A stretch of DNA of 64,000 nt from Candidatus Segatella albertsiae. GTDB lineage: Bacteria; Bacteroidota; Bacteroidia; Bacteroidales; Bacteroidaceae. Made by a program: the position numbers and the translations under genes. The stretch covers positions 7 to 64,006 of the forward strand of contig DKCU01000123.1 in NCBI GenBank assembly GCA_002451555.1, read 5' to 3'. Shown in pieces: positions 52,783 to 64,000 of this stretch. The notes beneath the pieces are model-generated. The model was not told the DNA's origin, did not search any database, and worked only from the letters and a program-made list of their open reading frames with translations. Position 1 is the stretch's first letter, and the number at the start of each line of letters is the position of its first letter.

Positions 52783-52995
52783 ACCTATTTTATAGCATTT
52801 TGAAAGTCCACAGGACCCTAAACCTTAAAAAAACACTGCAAAATTACAAAAAATCCCTCTCTTTTTACTCATTTTAAAGATAAATTATTACTTTTGCAAC
52901 GAATTAAGGAATCCATCCGAATAATTCCGAATAATAATGTGGGATTTTTTGCTTCTGCAAACAGTCCCTGGAAGAAACAAGATAAAATAAACTCA

Positions 52996-54591
52996 ATGGT
53001 TTATAAGTATGATTTTCTGATTATCGGTGCAGGAGTTGCCGGTATGAGTTACGCTCTGAAAGTAGCGAGAGCGCATAAGGGTAAAGTGTGCATGATTTGC
53101 AAGACCTCTCTCGACGAGGCTAACACTTCATTTGCACAAGGTGGTGTTGCGTCGGTTACCAACCTGGAGGTGGATAACTTCGACAAGCACATACAGGATA
53201 CAATGATTGCTGGTGACTTCATCAGCGACTACAAGGCTGTGAAACAGGTTGTCACCAAGGCTCCTGAGCAAATCAAGGAATTGGTTCAGTGGGGTGTCAA
53301 CTTCGACAAGCAGCAGGACGGCAAGTTCGACCTCCATCGTGAGGGCGGACACAGCGAGTTCCGTATTCTTCACCATGCAGACGATACGGGTGCAGAAATC
53401 CAGCGTGGCTTGATGGAGGCTGTACGTAACAACCCTGACATCGACATCAAGGAGAATCATTTCGCCGTGGAGATTATCACCCAGCACCACCTCGGTGCTC
53501 GTGTTACCCGCCGCACTCCTTACATCAACTGCTATGGTGCTTACGTCTTGAATCCTGACACTCAGAAAGTAGATACTTACCTGAGCAAGGTGACCGTGAT
53601 GTGTACCGGTGGATGCGGAGCTGTCTATCAGACTACCACCAACCCTATCATTGCCACAGGCGATGGCGAGGCGATGGTCTATCGTGCCAAGGGTACGGTG
53701 GCAGACATGGAGTTCGTTCAGTTCCACCCTACAGCTCTCTTCCATCCAGGAGAGACCCATCCTGCGTTCCTTATCACCGAGGCGATGCGTGGTTACGGTG
53801 GCATCCTTCGCTTGCCTAACGGCGAGAGCTTCATGGAGAAATACGACGAACGCTTGAGCCTTGCCCCTCGTGACATCGTGGCTCGTGCCATCGACAAGGA
53901 GATGAAAATCCATGGTCTCGACCATGTTTGCCTCGACGTGACCCACAAGAACCCTGAGGAGACAAAGCACCACTTCCCTAACATCTATGCGAAGTGCCTC
54001 AGCATCGGCATCGATATCACGAAAGACTATATCCCTGTGCGTCCTGCCGCTCACTATATGTGCGGTGGCATCAAGGTAGATTTGAACGGATGCTCCAGCA
54101 TCAACCGACTCTACGCCCTTGGCGAGTGCTCTTGCACAGGTCTGCACGGTGGCAACCGCTTGGCCAGCAACTCGCTCATCGAGGCTGTAGTCTATGCCGA
54201 CACGGCTGCCAAGCACAGTTTGGAGCATGTGGATGAATACGACTTCAACGACAAGGTTCCTGCATGGAACGACGAGGGAACTTTGACCAACGAGGAGAAG
54301 GTCTTGATTACACAGAGCGTGAAGGAGGTCGGAGAGTGCATGAGCAACTATGTGGGCATCGTGCGCAGCGACCTTCGCTTGAAGCGTGCCTGGGATCGTC
54401 TTGACTTACTCTACGAGGAGACAGAGAACCTCTTCAAGCGTGTGAAGGTTAGCAAGGAACTCTGTGAGCTTCGCAACATGATCAACGTGGGTTACCTCAT
54501 CACTCGCATGGCTATTGAGCGCAAGGAGAGCCGTGGTCTTCACTACACCATCGACTATCCTGTCCACGCTTATGACAAGAAAAAAGATTAG
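52996..54591 (+). CDS. nadB: L-aspartate oxidase
   Basis: IIGAGVAG, AQGG, REGGHS, QFHPT, HGGNRLASNSL, ESRGLHY; start moved to ATG 52996. Confidence 0.97.
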   Translation: MVYKYDFLIIGAGVAGMSYALKVARAHKGKVCMICKTSLDEANTSFAQGGVASVTNLEVDNFDKHIQDTMIAGDFISDYKAVKQVVTKAPEQIKELVQWGVNFDKQQDGKFDLHREGGHSEFRILHHADDTGAEIQRGLMEAVRNNPDIDIKENHFAVEIITQHHLGARVTRRTPYINCYGAYVLNPDTQKVDTYLSKVTVMCTGGCGAVYQTTTNPIIATGDGEAMVYRAKGTVADMEFVQFHPTALFHPGETHPAFLITEAMRGYGGILRLPNGESFMEKYDERLSLAPRDIVARAIDKEMKIHGLDHVCLDVTHKNPEETKHHFPNIYAKCLSIGIDITKDYIPVRPAAHYMCGGIKVDLNGCSSINRLYALGECSCTGLHGGNRLASNSLIEAVVYADTAAKHSLEHVDEYDFNDKVPAWNDEGTLTNEEKVLITQSVKEVGECMSNYVGIVRSDLRLKRAWDRLDLLYEETENLFKRVKVSKELCELRNMINVGYLITRMAIERKESRGLHYTIDYPVHAYDKKKD

Positions 54592-54730
54592 CAAGAAGTC
54601 ACATATACAATTAATTAATAAGAAGTCACAAATAGATTAATAATAACTCGCTTTAAAAAGAATTTCATAAGCAAACAAAAACATGTTTACTGAGTACGCA
54701 TAATGATAAATTATGCAAGAAAGTAAGTAC

Positions 54731-54758
54731 ACGTGATGTGTACGAGCTTTATACCAAA
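54731..54758 (+). repeat. 28-bp direct repeat, copy 1
   Basis: acgtgatgtgtacgagctttataccaaa, identical to 63962-63989. Confidence 0.9.
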
Positions 54759-54792
54759 GGGCTGGAACACGAGATGTGCTCCAGCCCTTTTT
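54756..54792. terminator. Intrinsic terminator (probably bidirectional)
   Basis: aaagggctgga...tccagcccttt followed by a T-run; second hairpin gaggattac/gtaatcctc at 54818-54849. Confidence 0.8.
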
Positions 54793-54995
54793 CTTATATC
54801 ACTTGGGATAAAGAAACGAGGATTACGCCAATCACTTGGGGTAATCCTCTATTGATTCGCCATATTTGTTTCCTTATATAAACTCTAAGTAAAAGATGAT
54901 GAATTATTTCTTTTCAATCAAAGAAACATTCACATACAAATTATTATATTGTAAAAGTAAATGATATTACTGTAGTTTCATAGAGATATCTATTC

Positions 54996-59887
<4,892 letters not shown>

Positions 59888-59899
59888 AAAACTCTATTT

Positions 59900-60103
59900 T
59901 TATTCATCCCATGAATCCCATCCGAAATGATGTTTCTTGGCATCTATCTCGTCAGGGTTTTGCTCCAAGGCTCCACTGCCTTGATTCGTCTTCTGACCAT
60001 CCACATCGACATTGTACTTACCAGAAGCCGCCATGAAACCATGCTTCTCGGAAGCCACCAAGACAATCTGAATGGAAGGTTGTACATATAGTCTTTTATT
60101 CAT
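59900..60103 (-). CDS. 67-aa small peptide, YxxP leader-like N-terminus, WxxWDE C-terminus
   Basis: MNKRLYVQPS...FMAAS...KKHHFGWDSWDE; paralogous to 60232-60417. Confidence 0.75.
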   Translation of the reverse strand: MNKRLYVQPSIQIVLVASEKHGFMAASGKYNVDVDGQKTNQGSGALEQNPDEIDAKKHHFGWDSWDE

Positions 60104-60136
60104 CTCAAACTATTTCATTTCAAACTATTTCGTTTC

Positions 60137-60201
60137 AAAAAAAGAAAAGTGGGAGACTATCTAAAAATCAAGTCTCCTAGTACACAAGCCTCCCACTTTT
60201 T
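60137..60201 (-). terminator. Terminator-like stem between the two small peptide genes
   Basis: Minus-strand AAAAGUGGGAGGCU / AGUCUCCCACUUUU followed by CUUUUUUU. Confidence 0.65.
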
Positions 60202-60231
60202 ATTTTCCTTTATAATTTACACACAAATGGG

Positions 60232-60417
60232 TTACTCATCCCACAAGTTCCAAGACCCATTGTTTTTCTTAGAACCTGCCTCGAAGTCTTCATTGTCACT
60301 TTCCTTAATTCCCGTCTGCACATCATCTACATCGTTTTGAATAGAAGTTGCTTGCAACAAGGTATCCATGAAGAGTGAAACACTCTTCATGGATGGTTTA
60401 ACATAAACCTTTTTCAT
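60232..60417 (-). CDS. 61-aa small peptide, YxxP leader-like N-terminus, WxxWDE C-terminus
   Basis: MKKVYVKPS...LLQATS...KKNNGSWNLWDE; start moved to ATG 60417. Confidence 0.75.
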   Translation of the reverse strand: MKKVYVKPSMKSVSLFMDTLLQATSIQNDVDDVQTGIKESDNEDFEAGSKKNNGSWNLWDE

Positions 60418-60437
60418 CTTTACTATATACAAAAATA

Positions 60438-62891
60438 TTAATCAATTACAATTTTCTTACCAGCCTGTATGTAAATGCCCTTTGGTAAATCTTTCACAGT
60501 AGAAGCGTTCTTACGAACCAATCTACCATCAAGCGTATAAACATTGCTATTCTTGGATGGAGCCACATCATTTTGGATTCCCTCAATGCCAGTTGTCTCA
60601 CCCATATCTACGACACCATTGATGCTGAACGATATGTTCTTTACAGCCGACGAATCCAATACTTGCAGCCAACCACGGAAGCCCTTGGTCTTTGTCTTGG
60701 CTGTGCGATAATACCAAAGTCCAGCTACACCACCTTGGTTGTTGCCATTGAGCACATAAGAGTAGGCAGGAATGCTGGCTACACCATTGTCTGAGACATA
60801 GGTTCCGACAAACTGCACTTGTCTTGCTCCCTGATATGTCTCGTTGCCTTCCTCACCTTCCACAGAAGCCTCGATGGCATCATCGCTCTTGTTGACACCT
60901 ACTATCTTGAAATAACTATTCAGTGTCTTGGAGATGTTGGTCTCCTTAGGGAAGGAAACTTCTTCTTGCTGAGTAGGCTCAGCTTTAGTTGGCTTGATGA
61001 TATAGAGCTTGCCAGCCTTAATGGCTGTTGCATTGGCATTGTTGCGATCTACCTTGACTGCCTCGAAATACATACGACCAGGCATATCGGCATTAATGGC
61101 TCCCTTGAACTCAGACAATCTTGTGTCACTACCAAAAGCCGACTGAACTTGACCTACAGTAAGATCTACTGGCAATACGATGGAGTTCCACTTATCTACG
61201 TTCAATGTACGATGCAAGTACAATACCTTCTTTTTGTTAAGCTCAGAGGATTTCTGGGCATTGATATAATCCACGCTCGTCTGCTCCTCATCCAAGACAA
61301 GCTCCTGACTTGGCTTACCCAAGTATTCTATCTGGAAGTTGTCGAAGCAAGTCCAATCAGAAGCATCAGCACCTTCCACCTTAATACCAAATGAAAGCGT
61401 CTTCAAGGTTTCAGAGCCTTCCGACTTCGGACCGACATATACCATTACAGATGCCTCATACTTGCTACCATTATTGTTAATAAGCTTAGAAGCCTTTACG
61501 TAAGTAGTAGGGCGACTCTCCGAATCTATCTTGGTCAATGGCTGTACATTATATTCATCGCCGATTTTGCTTGCAGTACCTGCAGAGGCGTAAAGCTGTG
61601 CTTTGCCTGTTGTTGCAGTAGTAAAGCCTACGCAACTTACCTTGTACCAGCCCTCACGAATCATATTTTCATTAGAGATAGTTTGGTTCACCACGCCATA
61701 AGAGCCATGAATGTTGGCTGTCCACTCGCCACCATAAAGTTCCTGCTCATGAGTAGCCTCGGAGAGTTCGTTGCCATCCTCATCTTCTGTAGTTGTAGCT
61801 CCCTCTCCGTAGCCATTGCCCACGTAATAAGTATAACCCTTGGTCGTTGTAGTCACGTCCTTATCTACGTAAGTCGTCTTGCTAGCATCGAGCGTAATGG
61901 TGACTTTATCCGATGCATTGTGTCCAGATTGTGAATCAGTACCTGGCTTTGTATCGCTGCATTTTACAGAAAGAGTTTCTTCAGGAGATGCGTTGGTGGT
62001 AGTCACGGTATAAGTCACATCATGACTATATTTTTTGTTAGTCCAACCACTCCTAACATACCAAGTATGAGTTCCCGTATAAGTATAGGTGTAAGTTCTC
62101 TCTGTAGTTGTCTTTGTCGAAGGATATGCATCAGTTGGCAATAGCGTCTCTGTTCCATTCTCCAAAGTACCATCGAATGTTGTAGCAGAACTACTGCTCA
62201 TGGTTTTCCAAGAAGTGACAGACAAGTCATTACGTGCAAAATCCTGGTCATCCATCAAGAATGTAGCAGGAACAGCGGAAGACTCACTTGCCTCTGCCTG
62301 CTCGAAATAAGACTTACGTTCATCCAAAGTTACGACAATCCACTTGGAGTAATCTTCCGAACCTGAAGTAATGGTTGTCTCTCCCTTTGCCTTGCCAGTC
62401 GTAGGGTCAGCTACCAAGTAAAAGGTTCCTATATAATCAGAAGAAGAACCTTCTTTGGATGTCACTTGGAACTGATAGGCTGTTTGTGTACCTGTATATG
62501 AATAAAAGAAAGTAGGATAAGTGCTGGCACTCACACTCTGCAAGTTACGATCCACGAAGAAGTTTCCTGCATCATGCGCAGAGTTCACGCCGTTCATAAA
62601 TTCCAAACAGCCGTTGCTTGTACCACCTTGCGCCTTTGCCAAGGATGTCAGATAGATTTTGCTATCGCTAACATTCAAAGTGAAAGGAGTACCCACGTTG
62701 GATATGATTGCCTCTGTTCCCCAGCGCCCTCCTTTTCCAAGGAATTTCTTGGCTCCGACATTCCAAAGATAAACTGTTTTTTTAGAAGCTGAACTAATCG
62801 TGGAGCCGCCCCAATTCTGCGCCCAAGCAGATGTACTGAAAGCACACCCACCCAAGGTCAACAGCATTGATAAAAGTAATTTTCTTTTCAT
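60438..62891 (-). CDS. Large secreted protein (adhesin-like) with T9SS-like C-terminal domain
   Basis: Signal peptide AWA-Q; YLWNVGAKKFL..GGRWGT; WTCFDNF; WNSIVLP; TTGIEGI...VYTLDGR...KGIYIQAGKKIVI; start moved to ATG 62891. Confidence 0.75.
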   Translation of the reverse strand: MKRKLLLSMLLTLGGCAFSTSAWAQNWGGSTISSASKKTVYLWNVGAKKFLGKGGRWGTEAIISNVGTPFTLNVSDSKIYLTSLAKAQGGTSNGCLEFMNGVNSAHDAGNFFVDRNLQSVSASTYPTFFYSYTGTQTAYQFQVTSKEGSSSDYIGTFYLVADPTTGKAKGETTITSGSEDYSKWIVVTLDERKSYFEQAEASESSAVPATFLMDDQDFARNDLSVTSWKTMSSSSATTFDGTLENGTETLLPTDAYPSTKTTTERTYTYTYTGTHTWYVRSGWTNKKYSHDVTYTVTTTNASPEETLSVKCSDTKPGTDSQSGHNASDKVTITLDASKTTYVDKDVTTTTKGYTYYVGNGYGEGATTTEDEDGNELSEATHEQELYGGEWTANIHGSYGVVNQTISNENMIREGWYKVSCVGFTTATTGKAQLYASAGTASKIGDEYNVQPLTKIDSESRPTTYVKASKLINNNGSKYEASVMVYVGPKSEGSETLKTLSFGIKVEGADASDWTCFDNFQIEYLGKPSQELVLDEEQTSVDYINAQKSSELNKKKVLYLHRTLNVDKWNSIVLPVDLTVGQVQSAFGSDTRLSEFKGAINADMPGRMYFEAVKVDRNNANATAIKAGKLYIIKPTKAEPTQQEEVSFPKETNISKTLNSYFKIVGVNKSDDAIEASVEGEEGNETYQGARQVQFVGTYVSDNGVASIPAYSYVLNGNNQGGVAGLWYYRTAKTKTKGFRGWLQVLDSSAVKNISFSINGVVDMGETTGIEGIQNDVAPSKNSNVYTLDGRLVRKNASTVKDLPKGIYIQAGKKIVID

Positions 62892-62923
62892 AATCAAACT
62901 AATTTAAACCAAAATATTTTCGG

Positions 62924-62931
62924 CAAAATTA
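62924..62931 (-). promoter_or_regulatory. -7 element of the secreted-protein operon
   Basis: TAATTTTG on minus strand; no TTTG at canonical 19-21 spacing. Confidence 0.6.
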
Positions 62932-63049
62932 GTTGATTAACAACAAAGATTATGTAGCAAAAACAGCATATTCCATCAAGTACCAAGATTAAATGACGAA
63001 ATCAAAATCGCTACTTTACAACAACTAAGACATGATACCAAATGCTAAA

Positions 63050-63081
63050 CAAGATGACCATTTCCAACACCAAGATGACCA
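63050..63081. promoter_or_regulatory. Direct repeat, candidate LytTR operator
   Basis: caagatgacca at 63050-63060 and 63071-63081 (21-bp period). Confidence 0.55.
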
Positions 63082-63162
63082 AAAGTATCTTTTGAACGTT
63101 ATTAAGTTTCCTCATTTCGCCTAAGTTTAATTATTATTCGCATTATTAAATTTAGAGATACC

Positions 63163-63534
63163 CTACTCACACGTACCAAAGTAATCACATTTGAATTTTT
63201 TCAAAGCATCCCTGGATATGGACAATGGCAAGACAAAACGGTCATTGTCTGATAAAACCAACTGTTGCTTCAACACATTCATGGAGCAAAAATAACGACA
63301 GTTAATGATATGTCGCTTCCCAACTCTTACAAAATGATGAGATAAAGTGCCCAACTGCTTCTGTAACTCATTCATAATATTACCCAAGTTTATACCAACA
63401 ATCGACTTGTACTTGTTGACTGTCATGATTGCTGTATAGTTCCCATCAGATTCGAAATAGACTATCTTCGACCATTCTATCTTGACAACGGTATCCCTAG
63501 TAACACAAAGAAAAAAAAGCTCATCCATACGCAC
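63163..63534 (-). CDS. Stand-alone LytTR DNA-binding protein
   Basis: IVYFESDGNYT and FVRVGKRHIIN LytTR motifs; no receiver domain; true start may be ATG 63528. Confidence 0.85.
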   Translation of the reverse strand: MRMDELFFLCVTRDTVVKIEWSKIVYFESDGNYTAIMTVNKYKSIVGINLGNIMNELQKQLGTLSHHFVRVGKRHIINCRYFCSMNVLKQQLVLSDNDRFVLPLSISRDALKKFKCDYFGTCE

Positions 63535-63680
63535 ACGTTTTATTCTTAAAAAAGGTTTCTGATTTCAAATTTACTCAAAACAAAGCACTTTTCGGGTATT
63601 ATCTTTGTTTTTATGATGAAATATATAGATTAAATGATGAAATAAAAGCAAAAGCGTGAACTGCATATACTATATCGCAA

Positions 63681-63797
63681 TTTGGAGGTCCTGAGAAAAC
63701 CCTGAGATACAGATATAGTTATAGCAGCCCACGCATATAGCGTGAGAACCACTATGCCATCCTTGTATCTCATTTGCAAATTTCTCAGGTTTCCAAA
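63681..63797 (-). ncRNA. Putative structured RNA (long bulged hairpin) in lytTR leader
   Basis: Four nested stems, with G-U pairs that form only on the minus strand. Confidence 0.55.
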
Positions 63798-63862
63798 ACT
63801 ACAAGATAAGCACAACGCTCTTCATTTCAAAATTTTTGATGGATAGTTTTACTAATCCGCGG

Positions 63863-63894
63863 TAAAGTTACAAAAAAATCCATTATCAAACAAA
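63863..63894 (-). promoter_or_regulatory. Promoter upstream of lytTR leader
   Basis: Minus strand TTTG-N20-TAACTTTA (near-consensus). Confidence 0.6.
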
Positions 63895-63961
63895 TTTTTT
63901 CTAGGAAATCATCATTCTTATTACCAATCTATATGAAAATAATGTTCTAAAAATCAATTAT

Positions 63962-63989
63962 ACGTGATGTGTACGAGCTTTATACCAAA
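63962..63989 (+). repeat. 28-bp direct repeat, copy 2
   Basis: Identical to 54731-54758. Confidence 0.9.
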
Positions 63990-64000
63990 AGAGGGGGTGT

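Noticed and set aside
63630..63815. 61-aa ORF upstream of lytTR
   Set aside because: Overlaps the structured hairpin and has no protein-like features; RNA structure explains the sequence better, though a leader peptide is not excluded
63990..64000. Possible IS end or hairpin arm (agagggggtgt)
   Set aside because: Truncated by the window edge; cannot be evaluated

Overview
Chromosomal segment of a Bacteroidota bacterium, most likely Prevotella/Segatella, judged from TTTG-N19-21-TAnnTTTG promoters, Prevotella-type gene content and T/A-rich 8-mer intergenic repeats. Most of the window is housekeeping: rny-zapA, wcaJ-rfbA-wzc, ppiD-lptC, lnb-secA, feoAB, gltS, two tRNA-His, secG-lptE-pdxA-rlmN, ampG, rbr, mutY, mscS, dacB and nadB. 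Accessory parts include an imelysin/di-heme/CcsBA iron module interrupted by a GNAT toxin-antitoxin-like pair whose 59-aa partner is missing from the ORF track, two tandem AAA-PD-(D/E)XK genes, and several palindromic repeat elements next to the tRNAs. The most striking part is a ~9.2-kb block (54731-63989) bracketed by a perfect 28-bp direct repeat. It carries a stand-alone LytTR gene behind a long structured leader, LytTR-like 21-bp-period boxes, two secreted proteins with T9SS-like C-termini, two paralogous YxxP...WxxWDE small peptides and a GH2 glycosidase. A signal-peptide ORF ending in IRGP upstream of secA is a SecM-like candidate. All calls come from reading the sequence; no database searches were run.
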